Source: Candidatus Omnitrophota bacterium
Lineage (GTDB): Bacteria > Omnitrophota > Gorgyraeia > Zapsychrales > Zapsychraceae
Direction of reading: 5' to 3'
Assembly (NCBI GenBank): GCA_020429915.1
Contig: JAGQKV010000002.1
Location: 128,061-192,060 of the forward strand
DNA length: 64,000 bases
A model generated the notes under the pieces. That model saw only the letters and a list, made by a program, of their open reading frames with translations, was not told the origin of the DNA and did not search any database. The first letter of the stretch is position 1; each line of letters starts with the position of its first letter. Of this stretch, positions 28,099-37,255 are shown one piece after another. The position numbers were made by a program, and so were the translations under genes.

Positions 28099-29025
28099 TT
28101 ACCAGGTGTTAAATAGGAAATTCAGGACGGCCTTCTGCGAATGCAGCCGGTTTTCCGCCTGTGTGAAGACAATCGAATTGGGTCCGTCGATGATCTCGGC
28201 CGTCACTTCTTCGCCGCGGTGGGCGGGCAGACAATGCATGAAGGCGTACTGCCCGTGGGCTTCTTTGACGAGTTCGGCGTTGATCTGATAACCTTGAAAA
28301 TCTTGCAATCTCTTCTCACGCTCCGCCTCTTGTCCCATGCTTACCCATACATCGGCATAGATAACGTGAGCCCCCCGGACGGCGGCCCTGGGGTCCCGCG
28401 TCACTTCGATGCGGGCGCCGGAATCCATGCAGATGCTCAACACTTTCTCCATAATATTCTTATCGGGACCGTACCCCTCCGGCGTGGCGACATTCACGTT
28501 GACGCCGAGTTTGGCCGCTCCCAGAAGCAAGGAATGACACACGTTATTGCCGTCGCCGACGAAGGCAATGGTCAGTCCTTCCAGTGTCTGAAAGTGTTCT
28601 TTGACCGAAAACAGATCGGCCAGGCCTTGGCAGGGGTGGTGTAGATCCGTCAGCCCGTTGATGACCGGCACCGTCGCGTTTTCGGCCAATATCAGCAGAT
28701 CGTCATGCGAATTGGTGCGGGCAATGATGCCGTTCAGATAGCGCGAAAGGGTTTTGGAAACATCGGCGGTGCTTTCGCGTACGCCGAGGTTGATTTCATC
28801 CGGTCCCAAATAGACGCCGCGGCCGCCCATTTGCGCAATGCCCACTTCGAAGGAGACACGCGTCCGGTTGGACGGTTTTTGAAAAACGAGTCCGATCATA
28901 CGGTCACGCAGTAAATGCACCGAATGACCCGGATCGTTCTTCATCTCCATGGATAAAGCGATCAGCCGTAGCATTTCCTCTTTCGATACATTTTCCAGAC
29001 TGAGAAAGTCTTTTTTTCTGATCAC
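28099..29025 (-). CDS. argF: Ornithine carbamoyltransferase
   Basis: STRTR carbamoyl-phosphate motif and HCLP motif. Probable GTG start (VIRKKDFLSL) overlapping the argD stop as GTGA. The ORF-track start at 29157 adds a non-homologous N-terminus. Confidence 0.85.
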   Translation of the reverse strand: MIRKKDFLSLENVSKEEMLRLIALSMEMKNDPGHSVHLLRDRMIGLVFQKPSNRTRVSFEVGIAQMGGRGVYLGPDEINLGVRESTADVSKTLSRYLNGIIARTNSHDDLLILAENATVPVINGLTDLHHPCQGLADLFSVKEHFQTLEGLTIAFVGDGNNVCHSLLLGAAKLGVNVNVATPEGYGPDKNIMEKVLSICMDSGARIEVTRDPRAAVRGAHVIYADVWVSMGQEAEREKRLQDFQGYQINAELVKEAHGQYAFMHCLPAHRGEEVTAEIIDGPNSIVFTQAENRLHSQKAVLNFLFNTW

Positions 29026-30203
29026 GTAACAGTCTCCAGGGCTTTTTTCAGGATATACAAAGCGCGGTCGGCCTGCTTTTTGGTCACTGTGAGCGCGGGC
29101 ATCAGCCGCAGGACATTGCCCTGCGTGCAATTGATGATCAGTCCCTTGGCAAAGCATTCCTCATAAACAGGTTTGCCCGGGACGGTCAGCTCGATACCGA
29201 GCATCAGTCCGCAGCCGCGGACTTCCCGGATAACCGGCATCGACCGCTGCAGCTCGGTCAAGCAGCCAGAAATATATTGTCCCATGAGTTTCGCATTTTT
29301 CAACATTTTGTCCGTTTTAATCGCGCTGAACACACCCAAGGCCGCTTTGGTGACCAGCGGGGACCCGCCGAAAGTCGAGGCATGCATCCCCGGCTGAAAG
29401 GTGTCGGCAATACCGGCGCGCACCACAAGGGCGCTGATGGGCAGACCGCCTCCAAGGGCCTTGGCCAGAACCATAACGTCGGGTTTGACCCCGAAATGCT
29501 TAAAGGCAAACATCTCACCGGTCCGGCCCATACCGGTCTGGACCTCGTCAAAGATCAGCAGCATGCCTTTTTCATCGCAGAGTTTGCGCAATTGCTGCAG
29601 GTAGCTCTTGTCCGCCACATGGACACCGCCCTCGCCCTGGACCGGTTCCAGCATGATGGCCACGGTCTGGGGCGTCACGGCCTTTTTGACCGCAGCGAAA
29701 TCATTGAAAGGGACATGTGAAAATCCCTCCGGCAGCGGTTGAAAACCCTTCTGATACGCCACCTGTCCGGTCGCGGTCAATGCGGCCAGGGTCCGTCCGT
29801 GAAAGGATTTCTCCATGGTGATGACGTGATGCCGTTTGCCTGCGCCGTAGATACGGGCAAATTTAATGGCCCCTTCGCACCCTTCCGCCCCGCTGTTGCC
29901 GAAGAATACCTTGCCGGGAAATGAGTGGCGGATAATCTCCCGGGCGAGTTTGGCCTGGTTGGGATGATAGAAACTGTTGGGGACATGAATCAGTTTGCCG
30001 ATTTGGTCCCGCACCGCCGCCATGACCTTCGGATGGCAGTGGCCCACATTATTGACGCCCCATCCCGGAAAGAAGTCGAGATACTTCTTGCCGTCGATGT
30101 CGGTCAGCGTCATGCCCTTGCCTTTGACGAAGATGCCCGGTGTCCGGGTATACGTCGACATGACGTATTTGTCGTAATTCTTGATGACTTCGTGCTTTTT
30201 CAT
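29022..30203 (-). CDS. argD: Acetylornithine aminotransferase
   Basis: 393 aa class-III aminotransferase. PLP lysine in LAKALGGGLP. Position inside the arg operon. Confidence 0.85.
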   Translation of the reverse strand: MKKHEVIKNYDKYVMSTYTRTPGIFVKGKGMTLTDIDGKKYLDFFPGWGVNNVGHCHPKVMAAVRDQIGKLIHVPNSFYHPNQAKLAREIIRHSFPGKVFFGNSGAEGCEGAIKFARIYGAGKRHHVITMEKSFHGRTLAALTATGQVAYQKGFQPLPEGFSHVPFNDFAAVKKAVTPQTVAIMLEPVQGEGGVHVADKSYLQQLRKLCDEKGMLLIFDEVQTGMGRTGEMFAFKHFGVKPDVMVLAKALGGGLPISALVVRAGIADTFQPGMHASTFGGSPLVTKAALGVFSAIKTDKMLKNAKLMGQYISGCLTELQRSMPVIREVRGCGLMLGIELTVPGKPVYEECFAKGLIINCTQGNVLRLMPALTVTKKQADRALYILKKALETVT

Positions 30204-31066
30204 GAGTCCACCTTGTCCGGAATGATTTGGGTCCCGATCCCTTTGTTGGTGAAAAATTCCAGCAACAGGGCGTGCTGGATGCGGGCGTCGACGATGTGCG
30301 TCTTTTGTACGCCGCTGTTCAGCGCTTCAATACAGGACCTGACTTTCGGGATCATCCCGCCTTCGATGGTGTTCTTTTTGATCAGCTCATGGACTTGGGT
30401 CACGGTCAATGAGGAATACAGCGAATCCGGATCCGCGGGGTCACGCAGGACTCCCTGGACATTGGTCAGCAACACCAGCTTCTCGGCATGCATGGAGTTG
30501 GCGATGGCGCTGGCCACCTCATCCGCATTGATGTTGTGGGGGACTTTCTCGACAGTGATGCCCATCGGCGACACCACAGTGATATGCCCCCGGTGCAGGT
30601 GCTCATCCAGCGTCTTTTTATCCACCGACGCGACGCTGCCGACAAATCCCAAATCCTTGGAGGCGATTTTCTTTTCCACATGAATGATGTTTTCATGACC
30701 GTGCAGGCCGGTCACGTCGCCTTTCAGTTCGCGGATTTCCTTAACGATCAGCTGATTGAGCTTGTCGAGTTCCTCACTGACGACGTCCAGGGTTTGCTTG
30801 TCGGTCACCCGCATGCCTTCGTGCCATTCGCTCTTGATGTTGAGCTCCTTCAGGCGCGAGCTGATCGCCGGCCCGCCGCCGTGAACCAGAATGGTGCGGA
30901 TGCCCACGTAACTCAGAAAGACCACGTCCTGCAGGACGTTGCGCCGGATCTTGGCGTCACTCAGGATGCTGCCGCCGTATTTGATGACAAAGACCTTTTT
31001 ACGGAAGGCGTGAATGTAAGGGATCGCTTCGATAAGGACCCCGGCTTTCTTAATAACTTCGTCCAT
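30200..31066 (-). CDS. argB: Acetylglutamate kinase
   Basis: VIKYGGS and GGGP motifs. Start probably MDEVIKKAGVLIEAIPYI rather than the ORF-track start at 31105. Confidence 0.9.
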   Translation of the reverse strand: MDEVIKKAGVLIEAIPYIHAFRKKVFVIKYGGSILSDAKIRRNVLQDVVFLSYVGIRTILVHGGGPAISSRLKELNIKSEWHEGMRVTDKQTLDVVSEELDKLNQLIVKEIRELKGDVTGLHGHENIIHVEKKIASKDLGFVGSVASVDKKTLDEHLHRGHITVVSPMGITVEKVPHNINADEVASAIANSMHAEKLVLLTNVQGVLRDPADPDSLYSSLTVTQVHELIKKNTIEGGMIPKVRSCIEALNSGVQKTHIVDARIQHALLLEFFTNKGIGTQIIPDKVDS

Positions 31067-31070
31067 GCCT

Positions 31071-32213
31071 TTAATTGTACTCGGTGTTAATGCGGATGTA
31101 TTCATGAGTTAAGTCCGAGGTATAAACGGTCGCTTCGGCGCGACCCAGTTGCAGGGTTGTGGTTATGGAGACGTCCTTCTTCTTGAACGAACTGAAGCTG
31201 ATGTTCAGACTGTCTTCCGCGATGCCCTTGATGCCCAGGGCGCCGACCGCCGCCGCCACCCGGCCCCAATTGGGGTTCGAGCCGTAAATCGCTGTCTTGA
31301 CGAGCATGGAGTTGGCGACCATCAGGCCGATCTCCCGCGCCTGTTTGGCGGTCTTTGTCCCTTTGACGTGGATTGTGACGAACTTGGTCGCCCCTTCCCC
31401 GTCGAGAACGATCTTCTTGGCGAGATCCAGGCAGACGTCTTTCAGCGCGTCGCGAAAAGCGTCGTAATCCTTTCCCGGCTTGTCGATGACCGGGTTGCCG
31501 GCCATGCCGTTGGCCAGAACCGTCACCATGTCGTTTGTGCTCATGCAACCGTCAACGGAAATACAATTGAAGGAATCTTCATTCGCTTCCTTCAATGCCT
31601 GCTTCAACATTTTTCCGGTGATGGCCGCGTCCGTGGTGATGAATCCCAGCATGGTGGCCATATTCGGCGCGATCATACCCGAACCCTTGGCGCAGCCGCC
31701 GATGATCACCGGTTTTCCACCGACGGTCAGCCGTACGGTACGCTCTTTGATCACCAAGTCGGTCGTCAGGATCCCTTGGGCGAACGCCTTGCCGCCCGCC
31801 GGGGACAACGCGGCCGTCAGCTCAGGCAGGGCCGCGGTGATCTTGTCGATGGGCAACGGTTTTCCGATAATACCGGTGGAGGCCACCAGGACGTCGGTCG
31901 CCTTAATTCCCAACGCGGTCGCGCACGTCTCGGCCATGCGGACCGCGTCCGCGTAACCTTGTTTTCCGGTGAAACAATTCGCATTCCCGCTGTTGACGAT
32001 AATGGCCCGCGCGCGTCCGTTGCGACCGTGCCGGCGGCAAACCGTGATCGGGGCGGCGACGACGGAATTCTGCGTGTAGACTGAGGCCGTCGTGGCCGGG
32101 ACCTCACTAACAACCAGCGACAGGTCCTTTTTTTGCGAGCGTTTGATGCCGCTCCACATTCCGTGGGCCCGGAAGCCTTGCGGTTTAGTGATCCCTCCGC
32201 TGATGACTTTCAT
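31071..32213 (-). CDS. argJ: Bifunctional ornithine acetyltransferase / N-acetylglutamate synthase
   Basis: 380 aa. Autoproteolytic site MATMLGFITTDA (Thr nucleophile). Confidence 0.9.
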   Translation of the reverse strand: MKVISGGITKPQGFRAHGMWSGIKRSQKKDLSLVVSEVPATTASVYTQNSVVAAPITVCRRHGRNGRARAIIVNSGNANCFTGKQGYADAVRMAETCATALGIKATDVLVASTGIIGKPLPIDKITAALPELTAALSPAGGKAFAQGILTTDLVIKERTVRLTVGGKPVIIGGCAKGSGMIAPNMATMLGFITTDAAITGKMLKQALKEANEDSFNCISVDGCMSTNDMVTVLANGMAGNPVIDKPGKDYDAFRDALKDVCLDLAKKIVLDGEGATKFVTIHVKGTKTAKQAREIGLMVANSMLVKTAIYGSNPNWGRVAAAVGALGIKGIAEDSLNISFSSFKKKDVSITTTLQLGRAEATVYTSDLTHEYIRINTEYN

Positions 32214-33229
32214 AGCAGGCCCTCACTTTCCGAGAATCCGCACATGAGATTCATGTTTTGGATGGCCTGACCGGCGGCGCCCTTCACCAGGTTGTCGATA
32301 GCGACGGTGATGACCAGCAGGTTCTTCTGATCGTTGAGCGCGAGGCTGATATCACAAAAGTTGGTCTTCACCACGTTCTTGAGTTCCACCTGTTCCTCTA
32401 GTCCGAATACCCGCACGAACGGCTCCACCTTGAAAAAGTTGGTGTACAGTTTATGGCAACGGTTAAGGCGGACCCGAGAGGACAATTTCACATAGATCGT
32501 CTCCAGAATCCCGCGGTTGACGGGCAACAGATGCGGCACGAAGTTGATCGCCTTGCTGTGCGTGCAGAGTTTGGCCAGGTATCGCTCGATTTCCGGCACA
32601 TGCTGATGGTTCAGGACCTTGTAGGCCTTGAAGTTTTCGCTGACTTCCCCGTGACTGAACGCCACCGATGCCTTGCGGCCGGCGCCGGTGACACCGGACT
32701 TGGCATCGATGATGATCGATTCAATCAGCTCACAGTGGGTCCCGACCAGCGGGGCCAATCCGAGTAGCGCGGCCGTCGGATAGCAACCGGGGTTGGCCAC
32801 CAGGCTCGCCTTTTTGATTTCTTCCTTATAAAGTTCGGGCAGACCGTACACGGCCTTACGGAGATTGCGCGGGTCCGTGTGCGTCGCCTTGTACCATTTC
32901 TTGTAGGTTGCCACCGATCCCAAGCGGTAGTCGCCGCTGAGGTCGATGACCTTCACCCCGGCCTTCAGCAGTTTGGGGGTGATTTGCATCGCGATGGTGT
33001 GCGGCACGGCCAGCAGCGCGACGTCGCATTGGCCGGCGGCCTTTGTGACATCGAATTGGTCACAATACAATTTGGTACGATTCTTCAACTGCGGCCAGAT
33101 ATCACTGATCTTGCCGCGCGTGTTATTGGCGCTGACGTAGGTCACCCGTACGTTGGGGTGGCGCAGCAGCAGTTCCAGGGCGGTAAACCCGGAATACCCG
33201 CTGACGCCGACAATACCGACTTTAATCAT
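32210..33229 (-). CDS. argC: N-acetyl-gamma-glutamyl-phosphate reductase
   Basis: 339 aa. GVSGYSG NAD motif and active-site Cys in NPGCYPT. Confidence 0.9.
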   Translation of the reverse strand: MIKVGIVGVSGYSGFTALELLLRHPNVRVTYVSANNTRGKISDIWPQLKNRTKLYCDQFDVTKAAGQCDVALLAVPHTIAMQITPKLLKAGVKVIDLSGDYRLGSVATYKKWYKATHTDPRNLRKAVYGLPELYKEEIKKASLVANPGCYPTAALLGLAPLVGTHCELIESIIIDAKSGVTGAGRKASVAFSHGEVSENFKAYKVLNHQHVPEIERYLAKLCTHSKAINFVPHLLPVNRGILETIYVKLSSRVRLNRCHKLYTNFFKVEPFVRVFGLEEQVELKNVVKTNFCDISLALNDQKNLLVITVAIDNLVKGAAGQAIQNMNLMCGFSESEGLL

Positions 33230-33265
33230 GATATTATCCTCTCATGATGCCGCGCCGGGCGCGAC

Positions 33266-33315
33266 ACCAAATAAAAAGCCTATCTCTTAACTCGTCCGAG
33301 GTGGGAGATAGGCTT
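33266..33315 (-). terminator. Rho-independent terminator downstream of rplM-rpsI
   Basis: 11-bp stem AAGCCTATCTC/GAGATAGGCTT (33276-33315) followed on the minus strand by TTTTATTTGG. Confidence 0.5.
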
Positions 33316-33345
33316 GAAATTCGAAAGATTTATTAATGCTGCAAC

Positions 33346-33741
33346 TTAACGTTTAACCCACTGGAATTTCTTACGTGCTCCCTTTTGGCCCGGTTTTTGC
33401 CTTTCCTTCATCCTGGGGTCACGCCTGAGCATCAAGGCCTTCTTCAGTACGGGTTTGTTTTCCATATCGCATGCGGAGAGAGCGCGGGCCAGTCCGAGAC
33501 GAAAAGCGCCTGCCTGGCCGCTGATGCCGCCGCCGGTAACCTTGACTTCGATATCAAATTTGCCTATCGTGTTGGTGATCTTCAACGGTTCCAGAATGAT
33601 GATCTGGTCGGTTTCACGGTGAAAATATTCCGTGAACGGACGTTTGTTAACACGAATCTTGCCTTCCCCCGGCATGATGTTGACGCGGGCGACTGAACTT
33701 TTGCGACGGCCTGTGGCTCCGTACTTGACAATCTCGACCAT
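33346..33741 (-). CDS. rpsI: 30S ribosomal protein S9
   Basis: 131 aa. GGGISGQAGA motif and basic C-terminus ending ..KR. Confidence 0.9.
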   Translation of the reverse strand: MVEIVKYGATGRRKSSVARVNIMPGEGKIRVNKRPFTEYFHRETDQIIILEPLKITNTIGKFDIEVKVTGGGISGQAGAFRLGLARALSACDMENKPVLKKALMLRRDPRMKERQKPGQKGARKKFQWVKR

Positions 33742-33756
33742 GGGAATGATGTGCTC

Positions 33757-34191
33757 CTATACTTCCAATGCAATGGGTTTTTGCGCTTGATGCGGGTGTT
33801 CCGCCCCGGCATAGACCTTGAGTTTGCGGCGCTGCTGGTTGCCGAGCGGGCCGCTGGGGATCATCCGGTTGACGGCCAGCTCAATCACCTTGGCCGGGTT
33901 CTTGGCCATGAGATCCTTCAGCTTGACGGTCTTTTGTCCGGAGGGATAGCCGGAAAAGCGCTGATATTCTTTATCTTCCATCTTTTTGCCGGTGACGCGG
34001 ATTTTCTCCGCGTTGATGATGATGACGTTGTCCCCGGCATCGAAATGCGGTGTGAATGTGGGTTTGTGCTTGCCGCGCAGCACTGTGGCGGCTTTGGCCG
34101 CGACACGTCCCAAGATCTTGTCCGTGGCATCAATCAGGTAGCTTTGACGCTCGGTGTTTTGGGCGTTGGCCATGAATGTTTTCTGCTTCAT
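33757..34191 (-). CDS. rplM: 50S ribosomal protein L13
   Basis: 144 aa. LGRVAAKAATVLRGKHKPTFTPH typical of L13. Confidence 0.9.
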   Translation of the reverse strand: MKQKTFMANAQNTERQSYLIDATDKILGRVAAKAATVLRGKHKPTFTPHFDAGDNVIIINAEKIRVTGKKMEDKEYQRFSGYPSGQKTVKLKDLMAKNPAKVIELAVNRMIPSGPLGNQQRRKLKVYAGAEHPHQAQKPIALEV

Positions 34192-34276
34192 CGTTCCGTT
34201 CCGTATATAGGCGTATTGGTATGGCTTACAATAAGTATGAAGTATATCACTTTCGCAATGTTTGTCAACGGAAAAT

Positions 34277-35038
34277 TTAACCCATTTTCCGGCCGGGATA
34301 GGCCACCTTTATCAGGCTCAAACCGTGGGCCGGGGCGGCAGCCGGGGCTGCCTTTCTGTCCCTGGCCCGCAGGATCCGGCGGACTTCGCGGGGCGGTATC
34401 CTGCCGGCCCCGCATTCCAGCAGCAGGCCGGAGATATTACGTACCATCTTGTACAAAAATCCGTTGGCGGTGATATCGACCGTGATCAGTTCCCCCTTGC
34501 GCCGGACCTTCAGGACGCTCACGGTCCGTACGTCGTTCCCGTTGCGGTTGCTGCGGTTAGTCCCTTTGAACGAGCGGAAATCATGCTCGCCCACCAGCTC
34601 ATTGGCCGCCGTTTGCATCAATTCGGTATTCAAGGGATAAATAAAGCGTAGCGCGGTCCGTTCCCCTAAGGGGCTGCGCACCTCCCGGTTCAGTATCTGA
34701 TAGCGGTAGGTCTTGCTTTTGGCGCTATATTGGGCGTGAAAGTCGTCCGGGACCGGGACGGCCTCTAAAATCGCCACGTCCTTGGGCAGGTGCGCGTTCA
34801 GGGCGTTGCGGATTTCCGCCGGAGGCTTGCGGACGGCCGTGCGGAAGTTGGCCACCTGGCCGGCGGCGTGCACCCCGCTGTCGGTCCGTCCGGAACCGAT
34901 CAGATTGATGTTCTCGCCGAAAATGTGAAAGAAAGTGTCACGGATCACCGCCTGCACGGTGCGTTCGCCGCGGGATTGAATCTGCCACCCGCGAAAATCC
35001 GTTCCGTCGTACTCGATCGTCAGTTTGATGTTGGTCAT
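34277..35038 (-). CDS. truA: tRNA pseudouridine(38-40) synthase
   Basis: 253 aa. IEYDGTDFRGWQ and catalytic Asp region GSGRTDSGVHA. Confidence 0.85.
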   Translation of the reverse strand: MTNIKLTIEYDGTDFRGWQIQSRGERTVQAVIRDTFFHIFGENINLIGSGRTDSGVHAAGQVANFRTAVRKPPAEIRNALNAHLPKDVAILEAVPVPDDFHAQYSAKSKTYRYQILNREVRSPLGERTALRFIYPLNTELMQTAANELVGEHDFRSFKGTNRSNRNGNDVRTVSVLKVRRKGELITVDITANGFLYKMVRNISGLLLECGAGRIPPREVRRILRARDRKAAPAAAPAHGLSLIKVAYPGRKMG

Positions 35039-35062
35039 GGGCGACCGTGAAATGGCGCGGCG

Positions 35063-36061
35063 CTAGATCAGTTTGTCGGCGACCAGCAGCTCAGCGATTT
35101 GTACGGCATTGAGGGCCGCCCCCTTGCGCAGGTTGTCGGAGACGACCCACATATTCAGTCCGCAGGCCACGGTTTCGTCTTCCCGTATACGGCCGACGAA
35201 GGTGTCGTCCTTGCCCTGTGCCTCCAGCGGCAACGGATATTTGTTGTTGGGCAAATCGTCGATGACCGTCACGCCCGGGGCATTCTGCAGCAATGCGACA
35301 GCCTTTTCGCGGGTCACTTTTTCGACCGTTTCGATATTGACCGCCTCGGAATGCGCACGCAACACGGGTACGCGTACACAGGTCGCCGTAACCGCGATAT
35401 GCTGATCGTGCATGATCTTCTTGGTCTCGTGGACCATCTTCATTTCTTCTTTCGTGTACAGATTGGACTGCGGCACGTCGATATGCGGAATCAGATTATG
35501 CATGATTTGGTACTGAAACGCGTTTACGTCCATCGTTCCCTTGCTCTGATCTTCAAATTCCTTGATCGCCGCCGAGCCCGCTCCGGATACGGACTGGTAG
35601 GTTGATACCACCACTCGCTTGATTTTAGAAAAGTCATGAATGGGTTTTAACGCCACCACCATCTGGATGGTGGAACAGTTCGGGTTGGCGATGATTCCCT
35701 TGTGGCGTCTGATATCCTCCGGATTGACCTCGGGCACGACCAACGGCACGTCATCATCCATGCGAAACGCGCTGGTATTGTCGATAACCGCACAACCGGC
35801 CGCGGCCGCCAATGGGGCGATCACCTTGCTGACCGCAGCTCCCGGTGAGAATAGGCCGACTTGGACATCGGCAAATTTCTGTGCGGCGTTGCCTTCGTTC
35901 AGGGCTTCATATAGGTGGCCGTCGATTTCGGTGTCCTGTTCGAGGCTGGTCGAGAACAAGCGCAGTTTCCCCACGGGAAAATTGCGTTCCAGCAGGATGC
36001 TGAGCATCTCCTGTCCCACCGCACCGCGGATTCCGACGATTCCGACATTGTACTTTGACAT
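35063..36061 (-). CDS. asd: Aspartate-semialdehyde dehydrogenase
   Basis: 332 aa. NVGIVGIRGAVGQEM N-terminus and active-site NPNCSTI. Confidence 0.9.
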   Translation of the reverse strand: MSKYNVGIVGIRGAVGQEMLSILLERNFPVGKLRLFSTSLEQDTEIDGHLYEALNEGNAAQKFADVQVGLFSPGAAVSKVIAPLAAAAGCAVIDNTSAFRMDDDVPLVVPEVNPEDIRRHKGIIANPNCSTIQMVVALKPIHDFSKIKRVVVSTYQSVSGAGSAAIKEFEDQSKGTMDVNAFQYQIMHNLIPHIDVPQSNLYTKEEMKMVHETKKIMHDQHIAVTATCVRVPVLRAHSEAVNIETVEKVTREKAVALLQNAPGVTVIDDLPNNKYPLPLEAQGKDDTFVGRIREDETVACGLNMWVVSDNLRKGAALNAVQIAELLVADKLI

Positions 36062-36071
36062 GATGCTTCTC

Positions 36072-37172
36072 CTAAATGCGCGCGGCGATGCGGTCGCCGA
36101 CCTCCGCCGTGGTAAAGCCCATCTGCCCGACCAGCATGGACTTCATTTCCTTGATGGTCTTGCGGGTAGCCGCTTCCAAACTCAGGGCCGCTTCGGGTTC
36201 GCCGAGGTGGTTGAGCATCATTACGGCCGTCAGGATCGTCGCGACCGGATTGATCACTCCTTTGCCGGCAAACGACGGGGCGGTCCCGTGGACCGGTTCG
36301 AACATGCTCACGCCTTGCGGATTGATGTTGCCGCTGGGGGCGACGCCCATCCCGCCTTGCGTTACCGCGGCCAGATCGGTGATAATGTCGCCGAACATAT
36401 TGCTGGTCACAATCCCGTTAAATCGTTTCGGGTCCTCGACCATGTAAATGCAGATCGCGTCGACATGACAATAGTCGGCAATGATCGCGGGGTACTCCTT
36501 GGCGATTTCGTCGAATACACGCTGCCATAAATCGAACACGTAGGTCAGGACGTTGGTCTTGCCGCAGAGGGTCAGTTTGGCATAGTAGCCGTTGGCCTTC
36601 TCCTCGGCGCTGAGTCCCTTCCAGGGGGCGCCCTCATGGCGGTTCTTCAGACTTTCAAAGGCGTACCGGATGCAGCGTTCGACCTGATGACGGGTGTAAA
36701 TCATTTTTTGGACGGCGATCTCATCGTCCGTGCCCTTGTCAATAAATTCCCCTTCCCCCACGTACAAGCCGCCGGTATTTTCACGGAAGACGATATAATC
36801 GATGTCGGTCGGTCCCTTGCCTGCTAGCGGCGTGGTGACGTTTTCGTAAAGCTTGACCGGCCGCAGATTGATGTACAAGTCCAGATCGAAGCGGAGTTTC
36901 AGGAGGATGCCCCGTTCGAGGATGCCCGGTTTGACCTCGGGATGGCCGATTCCCCCGAGATAGATCGCGTCAAAGGCGCGCAGTTGGTCGACTTCATCGT
37001 CGGACAGCACTTCCTTGGTCTTCAAATAGCGCTCTCCTCCGAAGTTAAACTTTTCGGTGGTCAGCCGGAAGCCGAATTTATCCGCCGCTGTGTTGAGGAC
37101 CTTCAGTCCTTCACGGACCACTTCCGGGCCGATCCCGTCACCTTCGATCACTGCTATTTTGTATTCATTCAT
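36072..37172 (-). CDS. Isocitrate/isopropylmalate dehydrogenase-family enzyme (tartrate/D-malate dehydrogenase-like or LeuB-like)
   Basis: 366 aa. IAVIEGDGIGPEV and DLYINLRP motifs. N-terminal region looks closer to the TtuC/D-malate DH subgroup than to canonical LeuB. Confidence 0.7.
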   Translation of the reverse strand: MNEYKIAVIEGDGIGPEVVREGLKVLNTAADKFGFRLTTEKFNFGGERYLKTKEVLSDDEVDQLRAFDAIYLGGIGHPEVKPGILERGILLKLRFDLDLYINLRPVKLYENVTTPLAGKGPTDIDYIVFRENTGGLYVGEGEFIDKGTDDEIAVQKMIYTRHQVERCIRYAFESLKNRHEGAPWKGLSAEEKANGYYAKLTLCGKTNVLTYVFDLWQRVFDEIAKEYPAIIADYCHVDAICIYMVEDPKRFNGIVTSNMFGDIITDLAAVTQGGMGVAPSGNINPQGVSMFEPVHGTAPSFAGKGVINPVATILTAVMMLNHLGEPEAALSLEAATRKTIKEMKSMLVGQMGFTTAEVGDRIAARI

Positions 37173-37255
37173 GGCAAAACCTGTATTTGAGGTTTACTAA
37201 AAACCTGAGTATATCACAGATTGTTTCTTTTCCAAGCTGATTTTGGTCGGGGGGA

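Noticed and set aside
37173-37255. Terminator downstream of fabF (AAACCT-N7-AGGTTT hairpin)
   Set aside because: Only a 6-bp AT-rich stem and no U-tract in the correct orientation; too weak to call.
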